A program made the translations under genes and the position numbers. Below the pieces are notes generated by a model. It saw only the letters and a list, made by a program, of their open reading frames with translations, was not told where the DNA came from and ran no database searches. DNA of 64,000 nt, taken from the NCBI GenBank assembly GCA_052279835.1, contig CP181291.1, positions 384,001 to 448,000 on the forward strand. Direction: 5' to 3'. Of the stretch, positions 20,248 through 30,466 are shown piece after piece. This DNA is from Microcoleus sp. GTDB taxonomy: Bacteria > Cyanobacteriota > Cyanobacteriia > Cyanobacteriales > Microcoleaceae. How positions within the stretch are numbered: the stretch's first letter is position 1; every line of letters begins with the position of its first letter.

Positions 20248-21207
20248 GTGGATTTACCAACCGTGACAACCATTACCCTAGGACAAAACGGCCCCGCCGT
20301 CATTCCCCTGTGCGTCGGAACTTGGGCTTGGGGGGATAAGCTATTTTGGAATTATGGCAGCAACTACGGCCCGGCAGAAGTAGAAGCAGCATTCAAAACA
20401 TCCCTAGATGCCGGAGTCAACTTCTTCGACACCGCCGAAGTCTACGGTAACGGCTTGTCTGAAGAATTACTAGGGCAGTTTATCAAAAAAACCAGCCAAC
20501 CAGTACAAGTAGCCACAAAATTCGGTCCCGTACCTTGGCGCATCACCGGAAAATCAGTTTCCGAAGCCTTGAGTGCTAGCTTAAAACGCTTGCAAGTAGA
20601 ACAAATAGCCCTCTACCAAGTACACTGGCCATTCTCATTTTTACTGAGTCAAGAAACCCTAATGAACGCCTTAGCGGATGAAGTCAAACAAGGCAGAATT
20701 CAAGCAGTGGGAGTCAGTAACTACACAGTAGAACAAATGCGGGAAGCCCACAAAATCTTAGCAAATAGAGGCGTTCCTTTAGCCACAAATCAAGTCCGTT
20801 ACTCCTTGCTATCGCGACAAGTAGAAAAACAAGGAATTGTCAGCGCAGCCCGCGAATTAGGAGTCACAATTTTAGCTTATAGTCCCTTAGCCCAAGGATT
20901 GCTCACAGGCAAATATAGTGCCGAACAACAACCTACAGGTGCCCGTAAATTTGACTCGCGCTTCAGCAAAACAGGCCTCACAAACATCGAATTAGTAATG
21001 TCCACTCTGCGGAAAATGGGCAAAAAGCGCGATCGCACTCCAGCCCAAGTAGCCCTCAATTGGCTAATCGCTAAAAAGGGAGTCATCCCCATTCCCGGCG
21101 CAAAAACAGCAAAACAAGCCCAAGAAAATGCCGGTGCATTAGGCTGGACTTTGAGCCAAGACGAAGTCAACCAACTAGAATTAATGACTCGTCCTTGGCA
21201 AGAATAA
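20248..21207 (+). CDS. Aldo/keto reductase
   Basis: FDTAEVYG, VATKF, YQVHWP, AYSPLAQG, IPIPGAK. Confidence 0.95.
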   Translation: MDLPTVTTITLGQNGPAVIPLCVGTWAWGDKLFWNYGSNYGPAEVEAAFKTSLDAGVNFFDTAEVYGNGLSEELLGQFIKKTSQPVQVATKFGPVPWRITGKSVSEALSASLKRLQVEQIALYQVHWPFSFLLSQETLMNALADEVKQGRIQAVGVSNYTVEQMREAHKILANRGVPLATNQVRYSLLSRQVEKQGIVSAARELGVTILAYSPLAQGLLTGKYSAEQQPTGARKFDSRFSKTGLTNIELVMSTLRKMGKKRDRTPAQVALNWLIAKKGVIPIPGAKTAKQAQENAGALGWTLSQDEVNQLELMTRPWQE

Positions 21208-21288
21208 ATCAGTTGACTTTTGACTGATGAAGGTTAACTTTTCACTGTAGGTTCGGTTTGAATTCCCTCTACCTAACCTACAGTTCAT

Positions 21289-21408
21289 GGGAGCATCCCG
21301 ATTTGGCATAGGCGAAGCATGACCGCTGTAAATCTCTGGTTATCACTAATAAATTTTCTGCGGTCATGCTTCGCCCCTAGGAATATATTTGCCAAACACA
21401 GATGCACC
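21289..21408 (-). mobile_element. Composite MITE, second copy (shell inverted relative to the 16945 copy)
   Basis: GGGAGCATCCCG...CACAGATGCACC. Confidence 0.8.
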
Positions 21409-21442
21409 CAGTTCATTTTATTCTTTACTCTTCCTTCTGACT

Positions 21443-21958
21443 ATGAAAATATTAACTGATTGGGGTTTCACGCGCGAAGGCTGGCGCAATAACAGCCGTG
21501 GTGAATATTTAGTTTTGCTGCAAGGAGCATTAATCACAGCATTTATAATCTTACCCGTTTATCAAATACCAGGCTGGAAAAATCCATCGACTCAACTACT
21601 TTATTCCATCTGGTTTTTAGCAAGTATCCTCAGCCTAAGCGGATTAATTTTCATCATTAAAGGACTCCTAGATTTAGGAAAAAGCCTCACACCTTTACCC
21701 TATCCCAGAACAGACGGAGAATTAGTCAAAACAGGAATTTATAGAATTGTAAGGCATCCTTTGTATAGCGGTATAATCTTCGTAGCCCTCGGCTGGACAA
21801 TCTTTCAGATTAGCTTATCCCATTTCATCGCTACTGCGATTTTACTCATATTTTTAGACATCAAAGCCCGCCGCGAAGAAACCTGGTTGAGTGAAAAATA
21901 TCCAGACTATTCAGATTATCGTCAACAGGTCAAAAAATTCATTCCCGGAATTTATTAA
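21443..21958 (+). CDS. Isoprenylcysteine carboxylmethyltransferase/PEMT family membrane protein
   Basis: LVKTGIYRIVRHPLY, REETWL...YSDY; start moved to ATG 21443 because the upstream frame lies in a MITE. Confidence 0.88.
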   Translation: MKILTDWGFTREGWRNNSRGEYLVLLQGALITAFIILPVYQIPGWKNPSTQLLYSIWFLASILSLSGLIFIIKGLLDLGKSLTPLPYPRTDGELVKTGIYRIVRHPLYSGIIFVALGWTIFQISLSHFIATAILLIFLDIKARREETWLSEKYPDYSDYRQQVKKFIPGIY

Positions 21959-22168
21959 TTCCTCCCTCCCCCACCCACTTAAACTAACAACCACAATCAG
22001 ACATAGAAGGCCGATCTAAAATCCTCTATTCATCGTCCTGTATTAAACTCTCTCTTCTCTTCCTCTTTCCCCCCTTGGGGGGGGCAGGGGGGGGTCGTCC
22101 TTAGCGCCTTCGCGGTTAAATCATTCCGATACAACCGGAATTGATATCACTCATGACTGCTGATTACT

Positions 22169-23587
22169 ATGAAAAAATCGTTAAAATTTCAATTACTGGC
22201 GATCGCACTATTGCTATGCTTATCACATACATTAACGGCTTGTAGCTCCCTCAAAAAACCCTTTGAACTGCCCCCATCGGCCACAAAAGAACCCTGGCCA
22301 GTTCAAACAGGCCTCCGAGTCAACATCCTTCGCGACAACATACCCATTGTTAACCGCATAGTTTTAGTACCAGACGAAGCCACATTCTTAGCAGCCATCC
22401 AAAAATGGAACCTCAAAGGACATTGGCCAATTCTGATCGAAGATAACAAATATACGCCCATGTTTCTCCATCGCTTCCAAGCCGATGAAATAGTCCGTTT
22501 ACCCAGCATCAAACAGCAACTGCCAAAAAGTCAAAAACTTCAACAATTGATGCTGAAAGCATCAGCAGCAGCCTGGAATTGCACAGATTCTCAAACTTTA
22601 AAAGCCAAATGGATGGAGTTGGGCTGGGAACCGCCAGGAGTAGTAATCACATCTGAAAATGACCCAGCAAGGACAGCAGCAGTCGCCTTAGCCGCCGCCC
22701 GCGGTCAACCTTTAGTATTTTTAGAAGGTAACTTCGGAAAGCCTAATGATACTCTCAATCAGCAACAGTGGCAAACTCTGCAAACCGCAGTTACCACAGC
22801 AGTCGAATCTACTGGATATTTTTATGCTCAACTCGGCGATGCGATCGACACTTTAACCATGGTACGCCAATTAGCAGTCAAATATCAATCCCCAGACCAA
22901 CCAGACGAACAATTAGCCGTTACTGACGGTTTGGGGCGTCACCCCAACCGCGATCGCTGGGCTGTCGCCGGCTGGATTTACGGTGCCTCAGTGCGATCGA
23001 TTTATCAAGTCATGTGTTCCATATTTCTAGATGTTCAAACAGCCCTGCTTTATGATAGTTACCCCCAGGAAGGAAGTTGGGCAAAATATGAAATGAACTC
23101 AGCAGCTATCGGATTAAAAACACTAGATTTGGAAGTAGAATTAGTTGAAAAACCCGAATCTAGCCTCAACAAATGGCGAACTTTAGCATCAAAATCCTGG
23201 GAATTTGACTTGATTTTGATGAATTCCAAAGGCTATTCAAATTCATTCCAAGTTGGCAACGGCGATGCTTTAGTAAAAGACATCCCACAACTCAAATTTC
23301 CCGCAGTTGTGCACATGATACATAGTTGGTCTGCCGCAGCACCAGATGATAAAAATACCGTTGCTGGACGGTGGTTAGAAAATGGCGCTTATACCTATGT
23401 TGGTAGTGTTAATGAACCTTTGTTATCGGCATTTATTCCGCCGAAATTAATCGTAGACCGACTTTTGCGATCGGCTCCATTTTTAATCGCAGCGCGACAG
23501 TTACAATCTGCTCCCTGGAAAATTACAACTATGGGAGATCCGCTAATGTCGATCGGCAAACCGAAACCAAGAATTCCGCCTACTTAA
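22169..23587 (+). CDS. Hypothetical lipoprotein
   Basis: Signal peptide with lipobox LTAC; 472-aa ORF. Confidence 0.75.
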   Translation: MKKSLKFQLLAIALLLCLSHTLTACSSLKKPFELPPSATKEPWPVQTGLRVNILRDNIPIVNRIVLVPDEATFLAAIQKWNLKGHWPILIEDNKYTPMFLHRFQADEIVRLPSIKQQLPKSQKLQQLMLKASAAAWNCTDSQTLKAKWMELGWEPPGVVITSENDPARTAAVALAAARGQPLVFLEGNFGKPNDTLNQQQWQTLQTAVTTAVESTGYFYAQLGDAIDTLTMVRQLAVKYQSPDQPDEQLAVTDGLGRHPNRDRWAVAGWIYGASVRSIYQVMCSIFLDVQTALLYDSYPQEGSWAKYEMNSAAIGLKTLDLEVELVEKPESSLNKWRTLASKSWEFDLILMNSKGYSNSFQVGNGDALVKDIPQLKFPAVVHMIHSWSAAAPDDKNTVAGRWLENGAYTYVGSVNEPLLSAFIPPKLIVDRLLRSAPFLIAARQLQSAPWKITTMGDPLMSIGKPKPRIPPT

Positions 23588-23860
23588 CAACCAATCTAAA
23601 CAACACTCTAAATGCGTAAATATACTCAATCCACATTCTTGCCCAATTCCTGAAAGATTAAATGTAATCAGACATACAATCTCCCACCTCAAATTAGCAG
23701 CTCCTCTGTTAAGTCCCTTTCGCACCAAGTCACCACCACCAAAAATCCTGTTTAAAATCACTCTTAATTTAGTTGTCAATTCCCCTAAAATCACTCAAAA
23801 TTAAAATAAGAAATAAAATGTAATATTTATCTAAATTCTTACAGAAGAATTAATCCCTAG

Positions 23861-25444
23861 ATGAGACCCCTCCATCCTGTAGACTTGGAGCCGCCTGGCC
23901 CAACCGCAAAAACTCCCGATGCTTCCCTGCTGAGCCCCATATTCAACCGCTTGCACCCCAGTCCCGAAACCCTCCTACTCATCCTCTCCCTAGTCATCGG
24001 GGGAGTCACTGGTGCGGGTGTCATCACTTTTCACTATCTCATCCATCTGATCCACACCCTGATGCTGGAAGACTTGATGGGGGTAATTTCCTCTTCAGGG
24101 CCTTGGACACTAGCCTGCATTCCCACCCTTGGCGGACTCGTCATCGGCTTAATGCGCTGGCGGTTTCGGGATTTTGGCCCCAATATGTCTTCCCTGATTG
24201 CAGCCACTCGCGGGTTGCAAGAACTCTCCCCCCTCAAACCCATCACTAAAATGGTGGCAGCCTCCGTTTCCCTAGGCACCGGCGCTTCCCTCGGCCCAGA
24301 AGCCCCCAGCGTCGAAATCGGTGCCAACTTTGGAATGCTGCTGGCTCAAGTTTTGCAACTTTCCCCAGAAAGGCAGCGCTTGCTCCTGGGTGCTGGTGCC
24401 GCCGCAGGTTTATCTGCGGGTTTCAACGCTCCCATCGCTGGAGTATTCTTTGCCTTAGAAGTCGTCCTCGGCAGCACTTTCGCCACATCTTCAGTCAGCG
24501 TTGTTTTGCTGGCTGCGGTAGTTTCGGCGCTTTTAGCTCAAATTTGTTTGGGCGCTCAGCCTGCTTTTGCTTTGCCTGTCTACGATGTGCGTAGTCCCTT
24601 AGAATTGCCTTTTTATATGGGCTTAGGAGTTTTGGCTAGTGGTGTCTCCCTAGCCTACACCGAGGCCATTCAACTGGCAGAACGTTGTTTTCACGGGAAA
24701 GTCCTGGGATTTGGTTGGCTGGGACGAGTGCCGAGGCCGATTCACCCAATTATCGGTGGTGCTGGCGTTGGTTTAGTAGCTTTGGTGTTACCTCAAGTTT
24801 TGGGGGTTGGTTACGAAACTGTTCAAGCCATGCTTCAAGATGTTGAGTTTTCTTTGCCTTTGTTGCTGCTGTTGTTGTTTGTGAAACTGACAGTGACAGC
24901 AATTAGCCTGGGTAGCGGTTTGGTGGGTGGCATTTTTGCTCCGGCGATGTTTTTGGGTGCTTCCCTGGGTTCGGCTTATGGCATCTTTTTGACCATGGTG
25001 CCAGCTTTGGCCGATCGCGTTGCTGGACCTCCTGCCTATGCCATGGTGGGAATGGCTGCGGTGCTCGCCGGTAGTGCTAGAGCGCCTTTGACAGCCATTC
25101 TGTTGATGTTTGAATTGACTAGAGATTACCGGATTGTTTTGCCTTTGATGGCGGCAGTCGGATTGAGCGTTTGGCTGGTGGAGTGTGTTAATCGTCGATC
25201 GCAAGCCCACAGCCTCAACCTTCAGCAAATGGGCGTAGATGTTGCCGTGAATACACCGATTAAGGCAAGGGAACAGTTGCAGGATTGGGAAGATGCACTG
25301 GGCGATCGCATTGTCACCGAACTGATTTCTTGCCAAATTCCGATCGATGAGGAACACCACAGTGATGAGCCTGTGTTGGCTATGGCTAATGCACATTTGC
25401 CGGAAAATATCAAGCTATCACCTGAAAAAAAATCAGCAGTTTGA
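23861..25444 (+). CDS. ClC-family chloride channel/antiporter
   Basis: GASLGPEAP, AGFNAPIAG, GGIFAP, LMFELTRDY. Confidence 0.92.
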   Translation: MRPLHPVDLEPPGPTAKTPDASLLSPIFNRLHPSPETLLLILSLVIGGVTGAGVITFHYLIHLIHTLMLEDLMGVISSSGPWTLACIPTLGGLVIGLMRWRFRDFGPNMSSLIAATRGLQELSPLKPITKMVAASVSLGTGASLGPEAPSVEIGANFGMLLAQVLQLSPERQRLLLGAGAAAGLSAGFNAPIAGVFFALEVVLGSTFATSSVSVVLLAAVVSALLAQICLGAQPAFALPVYDVRSPLELPFYMGLGVLASGVSLAYTEAIQLAERCFHGKVLGFGWLGRVPRPIHPIIGGAGVGLVALVLPQVLGVGYETVQAMLQDVEFSLPLLLLLLFVKLTVTAISLGSGLVGGIFAPAMFLGASLGSAYGIFLTMVPALADRVAGPPAYAMVGMAAVLAGSARAPLTAILLMFELTRDYRIVLPLMAAVGLSVWLVECVNRRSQAHSLNLQQMGVDVAVNTPIKAREQLQDWEDALGDRIVTELISCQIPIDEEHHSDEPVLAMANAHLPENIKLSPEKKSAV

Positions 25445-25488
25445 CAGAGATAAAATACTAATGTTACCTCTACCACCTAATTCAAACT

Positions 25489-26364
25489 ATGATATTTATC
25501 AACCCAAAAACCGATTACGCCTTCAAAAAAATCTTCGGTTCCTCCGAAAGCAAAGATATTCTGATTAGCTTTCTCAACGCTCTTATTTATGAAGGAAATT
25601 CCACCATTCAAGACTTAGAAATTATCAACCCAAATCTGCCCCCAAAAGTAGAAGGATTAAAAGATAGTTATCTGGATGTCAAAGCCCAGCTCAATAATGG
25701 GACTTTAGTAATTATTGAAATGCAAGTGCTCAACGTCCAGTCTTTTGGGAAGCGGGTTTTTTACAATGCCGCAAAAACTTACGCATTTCAATTACAAGCA
25801 GCCCAAGGATACCGACTGTTGAAGCCAGTGATTGCTCTGACAATTACTGACTTTGAAATGTTTCCTGAGAGTGAGGACTTTAGTTCTAGATTTGTGTTAA
25901 AAGAAGTAAATAAAAACTTTACTTATCCCGAAAACGACCTAGATTTAGTGTTTGTAGAGTTGCCGAAATTTACTAAAGAAGAAGGTCAACTGGAAACTCT
26001 GGCAGATAAATGGATTTATTTCATGAAAAATGCGAGAAGTTTGACATCAGTCCCAGAAACAATGGATAGTATACCGGAAATACATCAAGCTTTTGATATT
26101 GCAAATCAAGCCAGGTTGAGCCGCGAGGAATTGGAAGATTTGGACAGAAGAGAACAGTTTATTTATGACCAACAGGGGGCGATTATTAAAGCTGTTCAGG
26201 AAGGCATAGAACAAGGCATCGAACAAGGAAGAGAAGAAGGGATGCGAGAAAAGGCGATCGCGATCGCCCAACAGTTACTTGCAAGACTAGACGATCGAAC
26301 CATCAGCCAAACTACAGGGCTTAGCGTTGAGGATGTACGCAATTTGCGATCGATGCCTTCCTAA
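25489..26364 (+). CDS. Rpn family recombination-promoting nuclease (PD-(D/E)XK), copy 1
   Basis: INPKTDYAFKKIFG, YLDVKA...IIEMQ, FVELPKF, GIEQG repeats, TGLS tail. Confidence 0.93.
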   Translation: MIFINPKTDYAFKKIFGSSESKDILISFLNALIYEGNSTIQDLEIINPNLPPKVEGLKDSYLDVKAQLNNGTLVIIEMQVLNVQSFGKRVFYNAAKTYAFQLQAAQGYRLLKPVIALTITDFEMFPESEDFSSRFVLKEVNKNFTYPENDLDLVFVELPKFTKEEGQLETLADKWIYFMKNARSLTSVPETMDSIPEIHQAFDIANQARLSREELEDLDRREQFIYDQQGAIIKAVQEGIEQGIEQGREEGMREKAIAIAQQLLARLDDRTISQTTGLSVEDVRNLRSMPS

Positions 26365-26433
26365 CTAAAAATTTAGGCGAGGATAATCTCCTGTAGCCAA
26401 CTGATTTAATTCTTAACCTACTACATTCCAATT

Positions 26434-27282
26434 ATGATATTTATCAACCCAAAAACCGATTACGCTTTCAAAAAAATATTCGGTTCCTCCGAAAGCAAAG
26501 ATATTCTAATCAGCTTTCTGAATGCTCTCATTTATGAAGGAAATTCCACCATTCAAGACTTAGAAATTATCAATCCAAATCTGCCCCCAAAAGTAGAAGG
26601 ATTAAAAGATAGTTATCTGGATGTCAAAGCCCAGCTCAATAATGGCACTTTAGTAATCATTGAAATGCAAGTGCTCAACGTCCAGTCTTTTGGGAAGCGG
26701 GTTTTTTACAATGCCGCAAAAACTTACGCATTTCAATTACAAGCAGCCCAAGGATACCGACTGTTGAAGCCAGTGATTGCTCTGACAATTACTGACTTTG
26801 AAATGTTTCCTGAGAGTGAGGACTTTAGTTCTAGATTTGTGTTAAAAGAAGTAAATAAAAACTTTACTTATCCCGAAAACGACCTAGATTTAGTGTTTGT
26901 AGAGTTGCCGAAATTTACTAAAGAAGAAGGTCAACTGGAAACTCTGGCAGATAAATGGATTTATTTCATGAAAAATGCGAGAAGTTTGACATCAGTCCCA
27001 GAAACAATGGATAGTATACCGGAAATACATCAAGCTTTTGATATTGCAAATCAAGCCAGGTTGAGCCGCGAGGAATTGGAAGATTTGGACAGAAGAGAAC
27101 AGTTTATTTATGACCAACAGGGGGCGATTATTAAAGCTGTTCAGGAAGGCATAGAACAAGGCAAGCGAGAAGAGAAGTTGGCGATCGCCCGACAATTACT
27201 TTCACAGCTAGATAATGCCACGATTAGCCAAGTTACCGGGCTTAGCGTGGAGGATGTGCAAAATTTGCGGGGCGATTCATAG
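26434..27282 (+). CDS. Rpn family recombination-promoting nuclease, copy 2
   Basis: Protein identical to copy 1 for about 243 aa; different C-terminal tail. Confidence 0.93.
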   Translation: MIFINPKTDYAFKKIFGSSESKDILISFLNALIYEGNSTIQDLEIINPNLPPKVEGLKDSYLDVKAQLNNGTLVIIEMQVLNVQSFGKRVFYNAAKTYAFQLQAAQGYRLLKPVIALTITDFEMFPESEDFSSRFVLKEVNKNFTYPENDLDLVFVELPKFTKEEGQLETLADKWIYFMKNARSLTSVPETMDSIPEIHQAFDIANQARLSREELEDLDRREQFIYDQQGAIIKAVQEGIEQGKREEKLAIARQLLSQLDNATISQVTGLSVEDVQNLRGDS

Positions 27283-27472
27283 TTTAAAGTAATTGGGTGC
27301 AGCAACTGAAATATGCACAAAATATCCGCAGTGTGGAGTTTACCCGATCGCTCCGTGAGTCAGAAATATCAAACCCACCATCAACCCCTCGACATCGCAG
27401 ACAGTGGCGCAACCCTCAACTGTGGGCTAAAATAATCAAAAATTATCAACCACAAGCCCAGAGGCGCTCTCG

Positions 27473-27952
27473 GTGACTCCGAACGAGGCAAAAGCCAACA
27501 GCACAAGTCAGAAAATGCCAGGAAAAGCCCCCTTGGGTTCTAGTTACTACGGCTTATTAGGGCTGCATCCTTCCGCATCCGCCATCGAAATTCGGCGATC
27601 GTACCGGGAACTGAGTAAACTCTACCATCCCGATACCACCGACTTGCCACCGACAGTCGCTACCGCCAAATTTCAGCAGCTTAACAACGCCTACGCCACC
27701 CTCAGCAACCCAGAACGTCGCCTCGCCTACGACCTCAAAATCGGCTATTCTCGGATGAATACGATCCAGCAGCCCCCTGGTTTCAACACTCCGGTTTCCC
27801 AATCGCGGGAAAAAAATTTCAACTCGGCTTACCTCGATCCCACGGATCGCCCCCTTTCTCCAGGAGAAATATTCGCCCTGTTTATCATGGGGGCTACTTT
27901 AATCGGATGTTTGATGCTGGCGATCGCGATCGGGCTAATTCGTGGTAATTGA
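27473..27952 (+). CDS. J-domain protein with C-terminal TM helix
   Basis: YYGLLGL...YHPD...FQQLNNAYATLSNPERRLAYD. Confidence 0.9.
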   Translation: MTPNEAKANSTSQKMPGKAPLGSSYYGLLGLHPSASAIEIRRSYRELSKLYHPDTTDLPPTVATAKFQQLNNAYATLSNPERRLAYDLKIGYSRMNTIQQPPGFNTPVSQSREKNFNSAYLDPTDRPLSPGEIFALFIMGATLIGCLMLAIAIGLIRGN

Positions 27953-27994
27953 CCACTAAAAGTTATAAATTAAAAATTAACCACTGTTTACACA

Positions 27995-28232
27995 ATTCCC
28001 TCCCTCATTCCCCCCTTGGGGCCAGGGCGGTTGCCCAATTCCCCATTCCCAATTCCCAATTCCCTCCCTCATTCCCCCCTTGGGGCAGGGGGGGGTTGCC
28101 CAATTCCCCATTCTCTCCCTCATTCCCCCCTTGGGGGGGGCAGGGGGGGTTGCCCCATTCCCCATTCCCTCCCTCATTCCCCCCTTGGGGGGGGCAGGGG
28201 GGGGTTGCCCCATTCCCCATTCCCCATTCCTT
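27995..28232. repeat. Composite array of CCCCATT heptamers with 4 copies of a CCCCCTTGGGG..CAGGG G/C-rich repeat
   Basis: Directly visible; source of several spurious ORFs. Confidence 0.85.
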
Positions 28233-28505
28233 ATGACTCTTCCTTCGGCTGACACCCCTTTGTACAACCATCCACTCCCAGAAATCGAGCAGTGGCTAAA
28301 AAGCCGCGGCTGCGAACAAAACCTGCGGGAACTCCACTGCTGGAACATCGATCGACCTGCATGGAAAGCAGAACTCTCCCTCGACATCGACCAACTCACC
28401 ATCCGCTACATCAATGCGGGAAACGACGGCCAAGATATTCAGCGCTTTTTCAAATACTCTCTCTCCCGTCAGGATATCGAAGAAGCAGTGTTTTCAGGGC
28501 CATGA
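28233..28505 (+). CDS. DUF3143 family protein
   Basis: MTLPSADTPLYNHPLPEIEQWL...FKYSLSRQDIEEAVFSGP; start at ATG 28233 after the repeat array. Confidence 0.85.
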   Translation: MTLPSADTPLYNHPLPEIEQWLKSRGCEQNLRELHCWNIDRPAWKAELSLDIDQLTIRYINAGNDGQDIQRFFKYSLSRQDIEEAVFSGP

Positions 28506-28626
28506 TTCGATTTTAGATTGGCAATTGGGGATTTGAGATTGATGGATTGTTGGTGAATGTAAAAAATTCCCCAATCTTAAAATTTAAATCTTAAATCTCA
28601 AATCCCAAATTTACAATCTAAAATCC

Positions 28627-29373
28627 TTACACTTTCCCAAATCGGCGGCTGCGTTTCTGATAAGTAGACAAAGCACGGTGAAACTCCGATCGATCAAAAT
28701 CAGGCCATAGCGTCTCAGTAATATAAATTTCCGAATACGCCATTTGCCACAACAGAAAATTGCTCAATCGCATTTCCCCACTCGTCCGAATCAACAAATC
28801 CGGGTCGCAAACATCCGCAGTATACAGATAGCGTTTAAATAAAACCTCATCAATGTCAGAAGGCTGCAACTTACCCTCCTGCACCTGAGTTGCGATCGCC
28901 CTACAGGCCTGCACAATCTCTTGGCGCCCCCCGTAATTCGTCGCCACCGTAAACCGAATTCCCTGATTATGTTGAGTTGCAGCCACCGAACGCTCAATTT
29001 CCGCCTGCAAAGACATGGGCAAAGCCTGCAAATTCCCCATAAATTGGATTTGCACGTCCTCGTCCACCATTTCCCGCAATTCTTGTCGCAACTTTCCCTC
29101 AAACAGACTCATTAAAAAATCCACCTCCCCGGCCGGCCGGCCCCAATTTTCCGTCGAAAAAGCATAGGCCGTCAAAGCTGGAATTCCCCAATCTTTGCAA
29201 CAGCGCAGCAATTCCTTGAGCACGCTAGCCCCTCGACGGTGGCCCGCAATCCTCGGCAACCCTTTATTCTTTGCCCAGCGACCGTTCCCGTCCATAATCA
29301 CCGCTATGTGCTTAGGCAGCCGTTCTTGTTCCAGATCCTCCGGCAGTTCTTGCAAGCAAATTCCTTTACTCAT
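28627..29373 (-). CDS. uppS: Undecaprenyl diphosphate synthase (cis-isoprenyl transferase)
   Basis: [36 protein letters not shown]. Confidence 0.96.
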   Translation of the reverse strand: MSKGICLQELPEDLEQERLPKHIAVIMDGNGRWAKNKGLPRIAGHRRGASVLKELLRCCKDWGIPALTAYAFSTENWGRPAGEVDFLMSLFEGKLRQELREMVDEDVQIQFMGNLQALPMSLQAEIERSVAATQHNQGIRFTVATNYGGRQEIVQACRAIATQVQEGKLQPSDIDEVLFKRYLYTADVCDPDLLIRTSGEMRLSNFLLWQMAYSEIYITETLWPDFDRSEFHRALSTYQKRSRRFGKV

Positions 29374-30290
29374 TTTTTCTCCCGATTAGCCGATGACGAA
29401 CGGCGCAGTATCTGCTTTAAAAGTGTCCATCCCTTCAATCCTATCTGGCGTCCGAGATGACCGATCGGAATTGGGGTGACAGTTCTTTCTCCCTCCGACG
29501 GAAACAACTTCGCCTCCAGCAACTCTTTCAATTTGTTGCTTGTCAAAGGTCGATTTAAAGTTCCCATCTGGGCTAAAGAAATAGAACCCGTTTCCTCAGA
29601 CACCACCACGCACACGCAAGCTTGCACCCGTTCGGTAATTCCCATTGCCGCCCGGTGGCGGGTTCCCAACTGTCGCGACGCGCTGCGATCGGATAGGGGC
29701 AAAATTACCCCAGCCGACACGATCCGCGAAGCTCTAATCAAAACAGCCCCATCGTGGAGCAAAGTTTGTGGTTGAAAAATAGTCTGCAACAATTCCTTAG
29801 ATACTTCAGCATTCAGCTTCACTCCCGGAACTGAAAAATCCCGATCGTCGATGGGAGCATCTGTTTCTACAATTAGTAAAGCGCCCGTGCGGTTTTGCGA
29901 AAGTTCTTTTACTGCGTCCACAATTTCATCTATTACGCTATCCGGTTCGGGAGTAGGTCGGCGATCGCGTCCAAACAATTGTCTAATTTCCCCCCGACCC
30001 AATTGTTCCAGAAATCGGCGAAATTCTGACTGCAATATTACCGCCATTGCTACAGCCGAACCTGTCACCAAGCTGTTGAGGGCAACGTGCAACAGTCTCA
30101 ATCCAGCCCAGTTGCTCACCGCCGCCGCCAGCATCAAAATAATAAATCCCCGTACCATCCACAGCGTCCGGCGCTCCCCAACAATGACGAGCACCAAATA
30201 CGCAAGAGCAAATACCAATCCAATATCGATCGCCTGAATCAATAAGGACTGAATAAGGCCAAAGTCATAGCCAGATTGTTGATTGTTCAT
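29370..30290 (-). CDS. cdaA: Diadenylate cyclase
   Basis: N-terminal TMs; [19 protein letters not shown]. Confidence 0.95.
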   Translation of the reverse strand: MNNQQSGYDFGLIQSLLIQAIDIGLVFALAYLVLVIVGERRTLWMVRGFIILMLAAAVSNWAGLRLLHVALNSLVTGSAVAMAVILQSEFRRFLEQLGRGEIRQLFGRDRRPTPEPDSVIDEIVDAVKELSQNRTGALLIVETDAPIDDRDFSVPGVKLNAEVSKELLQTIFQPQTLLHDGAVLIRASRIVSAGVILPLSDRSASRQLGTRHRAAMGITERVQACVCVVVSEETGSISLAQMGTLNRPLTSNKLKELLEAKLFPSEGERTVTPIPIGHLGRQIGLKGWTLLKQILRRSSSANREKK

Positions 30291-30466
30291 GGTTCATCGA
30301 ACCTTACCGCCTGTGAACCGCGAACTATGATGCACTCGAACCCGTGAACCATGAACAGTTGTTATTCCAATCGCGTGACTGAACAAGCAAAAAATCAAAA
30401 TTTAAAAGACGATAGTCAAAAATTCCTTTTTAATTATCTTTCTTTTTACTTTTTACTTTTTGCTTT

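Noticed and set aside
27949..28402. Several overlapping Pro/Gly-rich ORFs
   Set aside because: Products of the composite repeat; the real gene starts at 28233.
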